Positions 36,104 to 44,816 of a stretch of DNA of 44,816 bases are shown piece by piece. Where the stretch lies: NCBI GenBank assembly GCA_017935165.1, contig JAGBID010000179.1, positions 1-44,816 on the forward strand, in the 5' to 3' direction. How positions within the stretch are numbered: position 1 is the stretch's first letter; each line of letters begins with the position of its first letter. Source of the stretch: Clostridia bacterium. GTDB taxonomy: Bacteria > Bacillota > Clostridia > Oscillospirales > Acutalibacteraceae. Both the position numbers and the translations under genes were made by a program. The notes beneath the pieces were generated by a model. It saw only the letters and a list, made by a program, of their open reading frames with translations. It did no database searches and was not told the DNA's origin.

Positions 36104-36721
36104 TTATACCTGCTTTTTAAACCTTTCAATGAATCCGATTATTCTGCCTGAGAGAATTACAGTCAAAAGGGAGTACATTATCTTTCCCACGGGTATATAG
36201 GAAAGTGAAAGTAAAAGCACGGTAAGGTCGCTCACGAGGTAAATTACCTCGATTTTAACTTTTATCAGATGAGAAAGGCTCATGGCGACGGCATCATCCG
36301 CACAGGGAGCACCGCCCATCCTCACTGATAAGCCTACTCCTACACCTACGAACAAAGCTCCTAACAGAGAAGCCGCTATAGGGTAGTTTATGATTTCAGG
36401 GTAAATTGGCGGGAAAATTTCGCAAACTGCGTAAGCTATTGAATAAGCCGCGGTGGAAACAGCCGAATAGCCTATAAATTCCTTACCAAGCACCTTAAAA
36501 CCGATTAAGTAGGATATTACATTTACGGTAAACCCCGTCACGGCAGGGGAAATACCGAAATGGTAATCAAGAAGTAAACAAAGGCCCAAAGAGCCGCCCT
36601 CGGTAACCTTGGCTACCGAGTGTACGTTATAAAGCCCGAAGGCAAGTATTATACTGCCCAAAATTATAACAAGGCAGTTTTTAAGCTTTAATTTGGGAAT
36701 AAAATTTTTAAGTTTTCGCAT
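36104..36721 (-). CDS. YitT/YczE-like membrane protein (short form)
   Basis: 205 aa with five to six TM helices. The GGSLGLCLLL and NVISYLIGFKVLGKEF patterns are typical of YitT-family proteins. It lacks the C-terminal soluble domain. Confidence 0.55.
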   Translation of the reverse strand: MRKLKNFIPKLKLKNCLVIILGSIILAFGLYNVHSVAKVTEGGSLGLCLLLDYHFGISPAVTGFTVNVISYLIGFKVLGKEFIGYSAVSTAAYSIAYAVCEIFPPIYPEIINYPIAASLLGALFVGVGVGLSVRMGGAPCADDAVAMSLSHLIKVKIEVIYLVSDLTVLLLSLSYIPVGKIMYSLLTVILSGRIIGFIERFKKQV

Positions 36722-36782
36722 TTTGAAACTGAAATTGCCGAAAGCAAGTTAAGTATATAGTTTTATTTTCGTCAAGTAAATT

Positions 36783-36817
36783 CCAAACTTGCCAAAAACC
36801 GACCAAACTTGCCAAAA
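36783..36817. repeat. Two perfect 15-nt direct repeats ccaaacttgccaaaa with 20-bp periodicity, upstream of the YitT-like gene
   Basis: Copies at 36783-36797 and 36803-36817. They lie just upstream (in the minus-strand sense) of a TTGACG -35-like hexamer at 36775-36770. Confidence 0.8.
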
Positions 36818-36822
36818 CAAAT

Positions 36823-37764
36823 TTAATTTTCTGTGCTGTTATCGTAAACCTTCAGGTTAACAAATTCGTTTAAATCACATTCGCCGTAGGAATTTTTGCC
36901 GGTGGCGTAAACCATACCGTCCTTTTTAAGGACAGCTGTATGGAAGCTGCCAAGGCTTATATCCAAAGCATCGGTGATTCCTTCCAGATTACATTGACCT
37001 TGGTTATTGTCACCTGCAAAAAGCAAGCTGCCGTCTTTTTTCAACGCAACAATATGGCTGTAAGAGGCGTCGATTTTCTCTACCTCCGTAAAGGCAGTTA
37101 CCGCCGCCTGCATATTTTCATCCATGCCTGCAAAAAGCACGGTGCCGTCACTTTTAACAGCCACGCTGTATTTTCTGCCTGCATCAATAAATTTTACGTC
37201 CGTCCAAAGGGAAACCTCGCACTGGCCGTTTTCGTTATTTCCTATGGCTTCAACCTTTCCGTCACGCCTTAAAGCCATAGTGTAACCCATTTCAGCATTT
37301 ACGGCAACAATATCCTTGAAGCTGTAAGTGTCACACTCACCGTAAAGGTTATAGCCCACAGCAACAACAGTACCGTCTGCCTTTAAGCCTACGGTATGGT
37401 AACCGCCTGAAGCTATGGAAACAATATCCTGCCACTTGCTTACGTCACACTGACCGTATTCGTTATCGCCGACAGCTACCACTGTGCCGTCCTTTTTAAG
37501 TCCAAGAGTATAATAGGCGCCGCACTCAACTGCGATAATATCCTTCCAGTCACTTGTTTCACACTGGCCGTAATCGTTATTTCCCTTAGCAATAACGGTG
37601 CCGTCCTCTTTTAAAGCCGCTGTGTGGTAATAGCCTGCGCTTAGGGTTTTTCTGACTGCAATATTTTCCCATTCCTTGTATTTATCACCTGCACAACCGG
37701 AAAAAGCTGTTGCGATAAGAAGTAATACAAGTAAAAGTGCAGATAATCTTTTTAATCTGTTCAT
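36823..37764 (-). CDS. RCC1-repeat (beta-propeller) lipoprotein
   Basis: Lipobox AFSGC. About six tandem ~50-aa units of the form DGTV.A.G.N.YGQC.V..W.DI..I..G..HT..LK. Confidence 0.8.
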   Translation of the reverse strand: MNRLKRLSALLLVLLLIATAFSGCAGDKYKEWENIAVRKTLSAGYYHTAALKEDGTVIAKGNNDYGQCETSDWKDIIAVECGAYYTLGLKKDGTVVAVGDNEYGQCDVSKWQDIVSIASGGYHTVGLKADGTVVAVGYNLYGECDTYSFKDIVAVNAEMGYTMALRRDGKVEAIGNNENGQCEVSLWTDVKFIDAGRKYSVAVKSDGTVLFAGMDENMQAAVTAFTEVEKIDASYSHIVALKKDGSLLFAGDNNQGQCNLEGITDALDISLGSFHTAVLKKDGMVYATGKNSYGECDLNEFVNLKVYDNSTEN

Positions 37765-37773
37765 TTTTGCCTC

Positions 37774-38484
37774 TTAGTTTTTCTTATGGAGCATTTCGTC
37801 ATCGGGATTCATAATTTTATGACCGGGGTGACGGCCTGTAACACGGTAGAAAGGTCTTAAATTAATAAGCTTCTGGATATTTTCATTGCTGATATCGAAG
37901 CTGCCGCCTAAAATAACCGCGTTAATGGTAATTTTTGCCCAGAGTTCAAGGCTTTCCATTCTGTAGAAAGCTGTAACAAGGTCGCTGCCAACAGCAAGGG
38001 CGCCGTGGTTTTCAAGGAGCACAACGTCGTGCTCCTCTAAATAGGGCTCGATGGAGTTGGGAACCTCCTCTGTAGAGGGTGTTCCGTAAGGAGTTAAGGG
38101 TACGGAACCGATAACAGCTACGTCCTCAATCATATTATACATATCCATGGCTTTGTGAGCTACGGCAAAACCCGTTGCTCCCGGAGGATGGGCGTGAATA
38201 ACGCTGAATACGTCCTCGCGCTTTTCGTAGCATCTTAAGTGCATTTTAATCTCGCTGGAAACCCTTAAGCCTTCAGCACCTTCAATAACGTTACCTTTAC
38301 TGTCGATTCTTATTAATTTGTCGGGTGTGATAAAGCTTTTGCTCATACCTGTGGGTGTAGCAAGGAAGGTTCCGTCGGGAAGCTTAACACTTACGTTACC
38401 GTCATTAGCGGCTACCCAGCCTAACTGCCACATTTTATGGCATATATCACACATAAGTAATTTCTGTTCTTCTATGTAACTCAT
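37774..38484 (-). CDS. Class II aldolase/adducin-family protein (fuculose-phosphate aldolase or ribulose-5-P 4-epimerase-like)
   Basis: NDGNVS near the N-terminus, metal-binding IHAHPP and LLENHGALAVG motifs. 236 aa. Confidence 0.8.
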   Translation of the reverse strand: MSYIEEQKLLMCDICHKMWQLGWVAANDGNVSVKLPDGTFLATPTGMSKSFITPDKLIRIDSKGNVIEGAEGLRVSSEIKMHLRCYEKREDVFSVIHAHPPGATGFAVAHKAMDMYNMIEDVAVIGSVPLTPYGTPSTEEVPNSIEPYLEEHDVVLLENHGALAVGSDLVTAFYRMESLELWAKITINAVILGGSFDISNENIQKLINLRPFYRVTGRHPGHKIMNPDDEMLHKKN

Positions 38485-38726
38485 TATTATTCCTCCAAAT
38501 GAAAATAGTTATTTATATAATAGCAGATTCTTGAAGCTTTTACCATAGCATTTGCAAAAAAACTTATCACTCGCGACTTTGTTAACTTTTTATCAATCCT
38601 ATTGCATTATTAAATAAGTGGTGCTAAAATTTTTTTACAAGAAAGAAGCTTCATAAAATTTGCAATAAAATATTGCGGGACGCCCTTTATTTTATGCAAA
38701 ATCCGTTTGGAAAGGATTTTAATGAA

Positions 38727-39743
38727 ATGAAAAAGGTTTGGGAAATAACCAAAAAGTATGCAAAAAGGTATTTTGTTGATGCTATGAGTGCTATGGCACT
38801 GGGACTTTTCTCCTCCCTGATTATAGGACTTATTCTTTCACAGTTAAGCCAGATACCTTACCTTGAATTTTTAAAGACCTTCAGCGACATTGTCTCCGCA
38901 TCATCTCCCGTAGTCGGCGGTGCTATAGGTGCGGCCATTGCCTGGGGACTTAAAGCTAAACCCCTTGTTGTATTCAGCAGCGTGGTAACGGGCGCTATAG
39001 GCTACTCCTTAGGCGGTCCCGTTGGTGCTTATGTGTCAGCTTTAGTTGGCGAGGAAATCGGCTCCCTGGTATCAGGCAAAACAAAGGTGGATATAGTTAT
39101 ATCTCCTATAGTAACCATCGTAGCAGGCGGCGGCGCAGGAATGCTCGTCGGTCCTCCCATTCAGGGCTTTATGAACGGACTTGGTGCATTAATTAACACA
39201 GCCACCACCCTTTCTCCTGTACCTATGGGTATTTTGGTAAGTGTTATTGTAGGACTTGCTTTAACAGCACCCATAAGCTCAGCTGCCCTTTGCATTATGC
39301 TGGGCCTTGACGGTTTGGCAGCAGGTGCCGCTGTAGTAGGCTGCAGCGCACAGATGATAGGCTTTGCGGTAACAAGCTTTAAGGATAACGGCTGGGGCGG
39401 ACTTATCTCCCAGGGCATAGGCACAAGTATGCTTCAGTTTGGCAATATTATGAAAAAGCCTGCAATATGGCTTGCTCCCACTTTAGCAGGCGCAGTTTTA
39501 GGACCCATCTCCACCGCTGTATTCGGTATGACCAACACAGCTTCAGGCGCAGGTATGGGTACAAGCGGCTTGGTAGGTCAGTTTGGCGCATTTGCAGCTA
39601 TGACAGATGTAAACCCCTGGTACACACTTTTGCTTGTAGTTTTAATGCACTTTATATTCCCTGCAATACTTAGTTTAGGTTTCGATTTTATCTTCCGCAA
39701 ACTTGGCTGGGTAAAAGACGGCGATATGAAAATTAACGTATAA
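38727..39743 (+). CDS. Polytopic membrane protein resembling the PTS EIIC_2-type sugar permease family
   Basis: About 10 TM helices, Gly/Ala-rich. The MKKVWEITKKYAKRYFVDAMSAMA N-terminus recalls the PF13303-type family. The start is uncertain: TTG 38673, ATG 38694 and ATG 38727 are all in frame. Confidence 0.45.
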   Translation: MKKVWEITKKYAKRYFVDAMSAMALGLFSSLIIGLILSQLSQIPYLEFLKTFSDIVSASSPVVGGAIGAAIAWGLKAKPLVVFSSVVTGAIGYSLGGPVGAYVSALVGEEIGSLVSGKTKVDIVISPIVTIVAGGGAGMLVGPPIQGFMNGLGALINTATTLSPVPMGILVSVIVGLALTAPISSAALCIMLGLDGLAAGAAVVGCSAQMIGFAVTSFKDNGWGGLISQGIGTSMLQFGNIMKKPAIWLAPTLAGAVLGPISTAVFGMTNTASGAGMGTSGLVGQFGAFAAMTDVNPWYTLLLVVLMHFIFPAILSLGFDFIFRKLGWVKDGDMKINV

Positions 39744-39750
39744 ACAGTAA

Positions 39751-39776
39751 AAAGGGCTCAGCTGAGTCCTTTTTTA
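39751..39776 (+). terminator. Rho-independent terminator after the EIIC-like gene
   Basis: Stem aaagggctc / gagtccttt (includes one G-U pair) with loop agct, followed by a T-tract. Confidence 0.55.
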
Positions 39777-39827
39777 TTGCGCTGAAAACTTTTATATGTT
39801 ATATTAATTTAATAAGGAGGGGATTTT

Positions 39828-41624
39828 ATGAATTTTAATTTATCGGCACCTGACATTACAGATGTCCTGAACAAAGTAAATAAGCCTGATTTTTCTATTC
39901 CCGAAAACAAAAGGCAGAGCATATTAAATAATCCGTCTCTTAAATTTTATCTTGATTCTATAGAGAAAACTGCCGCAAAACACCGCGGAACTGTTATTCC
40001 ATCGATTCCGTACTCACTTTTTAAACTTTTCTATGAAAACGGCAACCGAAATGAATTTCAGTTCAGTGAAAAAGGCGGCTATTTTCCACGCAGAGAAAGA
40101 CTGGCTGCTTTCGCGCTTTCCTTTTGGCTTTATGAAAAAGATGAGGATTTGAAAGAACTCCAGGATATTATATGGGCTATATGCGACGAGTACACCTGGG
40201 CCTTACCACCTCATCTTATAGTAAGTGATAAAGAAAACAGTTTCACAGACCGTCTTGAGCACGGCGACTATACAGTTGACCTTTTCGCAGCCGAAACCGC
40301 AGAATCCCTTGCGGAAATTTTAATACTTATTGGAGATAAAATCTCTCCCCTTATTAAAAAGAGAGTCGTTCATCTTATTAACGAAAGAGTTTTTGAGCAA
40401 ATACTGAAAAACGATTACTGGTGGATGACTGCCGAAAATAACTGGGCGACAGTTTGTGCGGGCAACGTAGGTATGGCAGCCATATATCTTATAGACGATA
40501 ACGAATATCTTGCCAAAATAATAAACCGCCTTCTCCCTTCTTTCGAAGCCTATTTAAGAGGTATCCCCGAAGATGGCGGCTGCCTTGAAGGTATAAAATA
40601 CTGGGACTACGGTTTTGGCTATTACGTATATTTTTCAGAGCTTCTATACCGCAGGACAAACGGCAAAATCGATTTACTTTCCGACTCTAAGGCAGAAAAA
40701 GTCGCAGAATTCCAGCAGAAATGCTATTTTAAAGGTGGCAGGAGCCTTAGTTTTTCCGACAGCAGCAGCCGTATGGAATTTCACATCGGTCTTGCATCCT
40801 TTTTAAGCCGCAAATTCGAAAAAGTTATAATGCCTCCGAAAGAAGCCGCAGGAAGCTTTAATATGGACGTTTGTTACCGTTTTGCCGCAAACCTGCGCGA
40901 CCTTATATGGACGGAAAATTTGTATACAGAAGAAAATTTCAATTGCTATATGCTTCCTTCTTCCGAAATTTACATTTCAAACAGTAAAAAGGGAGTAGGT
41001 ATTGCCGCAAAAGGTGGGTACAATAACGAGCCCCACAACCACAATGACGTGGGCTCCTTCCAGATTTTCAAAAACGGCGAGGAGATTTTCGCGGATATAG
41101 GTTCCATTGAGTACACCCGTGATGGCGGCAATCAAAATATCAGGTATAAAATGACAGGCCCCGGCTCAGACAGCCACAACCTGCCTTTAATTGACGGCAA
41201 AGCTCAGCTTTTCGGCGAAAACCACAGAGCTACCGATTTCAAAATGAACGAAAACGGCATCACAGCGGATATTTCGAAGGCTTACGGTTTAAATTATATG
41301 CCCTCGCTTATCCGTGAAATTAAGTTTAATTCTGAATCAGGAGAAACACGCCTTAAAGATACCTTTATTTTCACGGAAGATAATCACCAAATTTCAGAGC
41401 GTTTTGCCACCTTTGGTGATATTGAAATATATGAAAACACTGTAAAAATAAAAGCAAATGGCGAAATAATGGCAATTTCTTTCGACCCTTCTCTTTTTTG
41501 CGTAAAATATAAAAACGAAAGCTATAAAGATATAATGGGTGAAACTCAAATAATTAAGTTTATAGATTTTGAAGCAAAAATAGGAAAAGAATTCACAGCT
41601 GATTTCAGAATTTACCCCGTATAA
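39828..41624 (+). CDS. Heparinase II/III-family protein (polysaccharide lyase-like), no obvious signal peptide
   Basis: The NEPHNHNDVGSFQIF motif is typical of the heparinase II/III C-terminal domain. The N-terminal region has alpha/alpha-toroid-like character. RBS aaggagggg. Confidence 0.6.
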   Translation: MNFNLSAPDITDVLNKVNKPDFSIPENKRQSILNNPSLKFYLDSIEKTAAKHRGTVIPSIPYSLFKLFYENGNRNEFQFSEKGGYFPRRERLAAFALSFWLYEKDEDLKELQDIIWAICDEYTWALPPHLIVSDKENSFTDRLEHGDYTVDLFAAETAESLAEILILIGDKISPLIKKRVVHLINERVFEQILKNDYWWMTAENNWATVCAGNVGMAAIYLIDDNEYLAKIINRLLPSFEAYLRGIPEDGGCLEGIKYWDYGFGYYVYFSELLYRRTNGKIDLLSDSKAEKVAEFQQKCYFKGGRSLSFSDSSSRMEFHIGLASFLSRKFEKVIMPPKEAAGSFNMDVCYRFAANLRDLIWTENLYTEENFNCYMLPSSEIYISNSKKGVGIAAKGGYNNEPHNHNDVGSFQIFKNGEEIFADIGSIEYTRDGGNQNIRYKMTGPGSDSHNLPLIDGKAQLFGENHRATDFKMNENGITADISKAYGLNYMPSLIREIKFNSESGETRLKDTFIFTEDNHQISERFATFGDIEIYENTVKIKANGEIMAISFDPSLFCVKYKNESYKDIMGETQIIKFIDFEAKIGKEFTADFRIYPV

Positions 41625-41629
41625 AGAAA

Positions 41630-41660
41630 CCCCGAGTAAGAAAATAATTCTTACCCGGGG
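41630..41660. terminator. Bidirectional terminator between the heparinase-like gene (+) and rlmH (-)
   Basis: 13-bp stem ccccgagtaagaa / ttcttacccgggg with one mismatch and loop aataa. Confidence 0.7.
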
Positions 41661-41665
41661 AATTT

Positions 41666-42142
41666 TTATTTATGATATTTTGTTCCTGCGCTTATCTGGA
41701 AGGCTCTGTATATTTGCTCACAGAGCATTACTCTTGCAAGCTGATGGGGAAAGGTCATTCTGGACATTGACATTCTCTCTCCTGCTTTTTTCACTGTTTC
41801 ACTTAAACCGAAGGAGCTGCCTATAATAAAGGATACGGCACTTTCGCCCATTAAGGCTAAATTATCAAGCTTTTTACTAAGCTCCTCGCTGGAAATAAGC
41901 TTGCCTTCAATGCAAAGGGAGATTACGGCAGAACCGTTTGCCGCCTGCAAAATAGCCTTGGCTTCCTCCTCTAAAGCTTTATTTACAGAAGCTTCTGAGG
42001 GGTTTTTGTCGCATTTAGCTTCAGGTAATTCAATAACCTGAAACTTACAGTGAGCTGAAAGGCGCTTGCTATACTCCTTCACGGCATCCACCCAATATTT
42101 TTCTTTTAAATTTCCTACACAGATTATTTTTACGTTAAGCAT
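41666..42142 (-). CDS. rlmH: 23S rRNA (pseudouridine1915-N3)-methyltransferase
   Basis: 158 aa SPOUT fold with IICVGNLKEKY at the N-terminus, IGSSFGLS, and FPHQLARVML.EQIYRA at the C-terminus. Confidence 0.9.
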   Translation of the reverse strand: MLNVKIICVGNLKEKYWVDAVKEYSKRLSAHCKFQVIELPEAKCDKNPSEASVNKALEEEAKAILQAANGSAVISLCIEGKLISSEELSKKLDNLALMGESAVSFIIGSSFGLSETVKKAGERMSMSRMTFPHQLARVMLCEQIYRAFQISAGTKYHK

Positions 42143-42933
42143 TAAAATATCACACTTTCAAGGTTAATATTTTCTTTCGGGGATACATTTAAAGTAAAGT
42201 CCTTGTTTTCTTCGAATCCTGCCATTTTAAGGCTGCAAAGTGAAGTTTCAAAGCTTAACTCCTTGGTATTATTTTCGGAGCTTAAGTGGGCAAGCATGAA
42301 CCTTCTTGTGCCCTTCTTAACAAGTTCAGGGAGCAAGCCTGCTGTGGTTTCGTTGGAAAGGTGACCTCTTTCGGAAAGAATCCTGCGCTTTAGCATATAG
42401 GGGTAAGGTCCGTTTAAAAGCATATTTACGTCGTGGTTAGACTCAATTACAGCAAAATCACAGCCGCATAAGTTTTCAAAAACCTCATCGGAAACAAAGC
42501 CTAAGTCCGTAGCAAAGGAAAGAACGCGTTCATCCTCCGTGTATATCTTATATCCTCTGCCGTCGGCACAGTCGTGGGATATTTTAAAATTCTTCACGGT
42601 AATTCCCGCTACCTCTATTTTATTTTCCACACTATGTATTTGGAAGCTGCCGTCGTGTATTTCCATATCTCTTAAAGCAAGTATGGTTTTTTCGGAGGCA
42701 AACACAGGAAGCTTGAACTTGCTTGCAAATACCCTTAAGCCCTTTACGTGGTCGATATGCTCGTGGGTAACGAATATACCTTTAACGGCTGAAGGTTCAA
42801 TATCGAACGAAGCCAGCTTTTCCTTTATCTGTTTTGCACTTCTGCCTGCATCGATAAGTATTCCGCTTTTTTTGGAGCCTATATAATAGCAGTTGCCGCT
42901 GCTGCCGCTGAATAGCGGTATAAGTCTTGCCAA
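42142..42933 (-). CDS. MBL-fold metallo-hydrolase, YycJ/WalJ-like
   Basis: SGSSGNCYY and VTHEHIDHVKG motifs. 263 aa. TTG start with a ggtgg RBS. It forms a TAATG overlap with rlmH, a conserved pairing in Firmicutes. Confidence 0.75.
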   Translation of the reverse strand: MARLIPLFSGSSGNCYYIGSKKSGILIDAGRSAKQIKEKLASFDIEPSAVKGIFVTHEHIDHVKGLRVFASKFKLPVFASEKTILALRDMEIHDGSFQIHSVENKIEVAGITVKNFKISHDCADGRGYKIYTEDERVLSFATDLGFVSDEVFENLCGCDFAVIESNHDVNMLLNGPYPYMLKRRILSERGHLSNETTAGLLPELVKKGTRRFMLAHLSSENNTKELSFETSLCSLKMAGFEENKDFTLNVSPKENINLESVIF

Positions 42934-42967
42934 ATTACTACCACCTTTTAAAAATACTCAAAAAAAC

Positions 42968-43010
42968 TGCTCCGAATATCCGTGATAAATCACCTTCGAT
43001 ATCAGGAGCA
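42968..43010 (-). terminator. Rho-independent terminator after murA
   Basis: Long imperfect hairpin tgctccgaatatc ... gatatcaggagca with an inner gtgat/atcac stem. It is followed on the minus strand by TTTTTTT. Confidence 0.6.
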
Positions 43011-43036
43011 ATATTATTTAAATTAAACTAATAACC

Positions 43037-44323
43037 TCAGCCTGCGTTCATACCGAACTCGTCAGGCTTACGGCTTAAGTATATCTCAGCGCCTAAAGCT
43101 TTAAGCTTTTCCACGATATCCTCGTAGCCGCGCTCAATATATTTTATATCCTCAACATAGGTTACACCCTTTGCAATAAGACCTGCAATAACCATTGCTG
43201 CACCTGCACGTAAGTCGGTTGAACGTACGGATGCACCCATAAGATGGTCAACACCTTCGATAACCGCAATTCTGCCGTTAACGTTTATTCTGGCGCCCAT
43301 TCTGATAAGCTCGTCCACATACTGGAAACGGTTATCCCAAACGCTTTCGTTAACTATACTTGTACCCTTACCTATTGTAAGGAGAACGGAAATCTGGGGC
43401 TGCATATCAGTAGGGAAGCCGGGATGAGGCAGAGTTTTAACAGAGCACCTTTTAACGGGACGGCTTCTTGTAACTCTTACAGCATCGTCAAATTCCTCAA
43501 TTACAACGCCCATTTCCTCAAGCTTTGCGGAGATAGACTCCAGGTGCTTGGGAATAACGTTCTTGATAAGCACGTCACCGCCTGTTGCAGCAGCTGCCAC
43601 CATATAGGTACCTGCTTCAATCTGGTCGGGGATAATTGAATAGGTACAGCCCTTTAAGCGCTTTACACCTCTTATTTTAATAACGTCAGTACCTGCACCG
43701 CGGATATCCGCACCCATTGTGTTAAGAAAGTTAGCAAGGTCAACGATGTGAGGCTCTCTTGCAGCATTTTCAATAACAGTAAGACCGTTTGCCTTTACGG
43801 CTGCAAGCATTGTATTAATAGTAGCGCCAACAGTAACAAGGTCCATATATACGTTATCGCCCACAAGCTCCTCGGCAGAAACTTCGATCATACCTTCCTC
43901 TTTAACGACACACTCACAGCCTAAAGCCTCAAAGCCCTTTAAATGCTGATCAATGGGTCGTACACCGAAGTCGCATCCTCCGGGAAGGGGACACACAGCT
44001 CTTTTATATCTGCCAAGAAGTGCACCGATAAAGTAGTAGGAGCCGCGCATTTTTCTGCCAAGCTCGGAAGGTACCATATCTGCGTCCACGGGTCTGGGGT
44101 CTATTTCGATAGTGTTCTTATCAATATTTCTTACCACAGCGCCCATCTCAGCCAAAATTCGCTTAACTGTATGAACGTCGGAAATATCAGGGAGATTTTC
44201 GAGAATACAAGGGCCGTCGGAAAGAATTACGGCAGGCATAATGGCAACAGCCGCATTTTTTGCGCCGCTTATTGTAACCTCTCCTTTAAGAGGTGTACCG
44301 CCCTTTATTACAAACTTATCCAC
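43037..44323 (-). CDS. murA: UDP-N-acetylglucosamine 1-carboxyvinyltransferase
   Basis: MDKFVIKGGTPLKGEVTISGAKNAA N-terminus, the active-site region LPGGCDFGVRPIDQHL, and length 428 aa. GTG start. Confidence 0.95.
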   Translation of the reverse strand: MDKFVIKGGTPLKGEVTISGAKNAAVAIMPAVILSDGPCILENLPDISDVHTVKRILAEMGAVVRNIDKNTIEIDPRPVDADMVPSELGRKMRGSYYFIGALLGRYKRAVCPLPGGCDFGVRPIDQHLKGFEALGCECVVKEEGMIEVSAEELVGDNVYMDLVTVGATINTMLAAVKANGLTVIENAAREPHIVDLANFLNTMGADIRGAGTDVIKIRGVKRLKGCTYSIIPDQIEAGTYMVAAAATGGDVLIKNVIPKHLESISAKLEEMGVVIEEFDDAVRVTRSRPVKRCSVKTLPHPGFPTDMQPQISVLLTIGKGTSIVNESVWDNRFQYVDELIRMGARINVNGRIAVIEGVDHLMGASVRSTDLRAGAAMVIAGLIAKGVTYVEDIKYIERGYEDIVEKLKALGAEIYLSRKPDEFGMNAG

Positions 44324-44499
44324 TTTGTCACAAACCTTTCATCTGCCAAAAAAACAGAATGTAAATAGAAATATATATTAATCTTAAAAAAGGGTATATC
44401 AAATAATGATAAATATATTATTTACCGCATTTATCATAATACAAGAAGAAAGAAAAGTCAACATAATTAATTTACCATAATCACGAAAAACGCAAAAAA

Positions 44500-44528
44500 G
44501 CACGGAAATTTTAGCCATATTTCCGTGC
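44500..44528 (-). terminator. Rho-independent terminator after plsY
   Basis: 10-bp stem gcacggaaat / atttccgtgc, followed on the minus strand by TTTTTT. Confidence 0.7.
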
Positions 44529-44548
44529 GGGAATATTATGTTTGCTTA

Positions 44549-44816
44549 TTACTTATTCTTTTTTGCAACTGAGAATTTTGATTCTGTTCCGTTAATAAGT
44601 CGCTTAATGTTTGCGCGGTGCTTAAAGACAATAATTCCGCCTATTGCAGCAGCTGAAATTGTAACTGTTGCAAGGTACACGGGAGTAATCTGATTGCCGC
44701 TTTGTAATGAACCGAAGAAGTAGGATATAATAAAGGTCATTACGGGGAAAAGCGCTGAAACAACGCAGGAGCCAAGGGAAACGTACTTTGTGCTTACAAC
44801 AATAATAATGAATATA
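44549..44816 (-). CDS. plsY: Glycerol-3-phosphate acyltransferase PlsY, C-terminal part (the gene runs off the window end)
   Basis: The C-terminal FKHRANIKRLINGTESKF is the conserved PlsY tail. The frame stays open to position 44816, so the Met at 44740 in the track is internal. Confidence 0.75.
   Translation of the reverse strand, partial: IFIIIVVSTKYVSLGSCVVSALFPVMTFIISYFFGSLQSGNQITPVYLATVTISAAAIGGIIVFKHRANIKRLINGTESKFSVAKKNK

Noticed and set aside
1-44816. CRISPR arrays, tRNA/rRNA genes, prophage or integrase genes, toxin-antitoxin pairs
   Set aside because: I scanned all intergenic regions. All are under 360 bp and are accounted for by promoters and terminators. I found no regularly spaced direct repeats, no cloverleaf-capable G+C-rich segments, and no recombinase-like ORFs.

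Overview
This window looks like a chromosomal segment from a low-to-moderate G+C Firmicute (Clostridia-like). The evidence is strong AGGAGG-type ribosome-binding sites, TAA-dominated stops, and many rho-independent, often bidirectional terminators. I saw no rRNA, tRNA, CRISPR array, integrase or transposase. About 36 genes are mostly housekeeping or metabolic: murA, rlmH, plsY (partial), gdhA, malic enzyme, glycerate kinase, DegV, MgtC, a cation/H+ antiporter, an NSS transporter, an ABC exporter pair, HtrA, an RNA m5U methyltransferase, IMPase, SDR and others. The stand-out locus is 2480-4894 on the minus strand. It contains a stand-alone 401-aa reverse transcriptase with an intact YSDD catalytic box. 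Immediately upstream lies a 134-nt non-coding element closed by a perfect 14-bp inverted repeat, in a retron-like msr/msd position. Upstream of that is a 331-aa protein with an odd architecture: zinc ribbon, acidic SGSWE repeats, a beta-barrel resembling translation-factor domain II, and a DUF2726-like nuclease-fold tail that appears to lack catalytic residues. The RT lacks the motifs I associate with canonical retron RTs, and I found no intron, DGR or CRISPR partner. I therefore flag it as a candidate uncharacterised RT-plus-ncRNA (defence-type) system. Secondary observations: a GH38 alpha-mannosidase is interrupted by a single in-frame TAG, while none of the 36 gene ends I read uses TAG. A ROK-controlled operon couples that GH38 gene to a heptose-kinase-like PfkB kinase, a HAD hydrolase and a DHS-like protein. 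An AraC HTH is fused to a cytoplasmic BNR/sialidase-like propeller. There are also several large repeat or low-complexity proteins. All family assignments come from motif recognition by eye and need HMM or BLAST confirmation.
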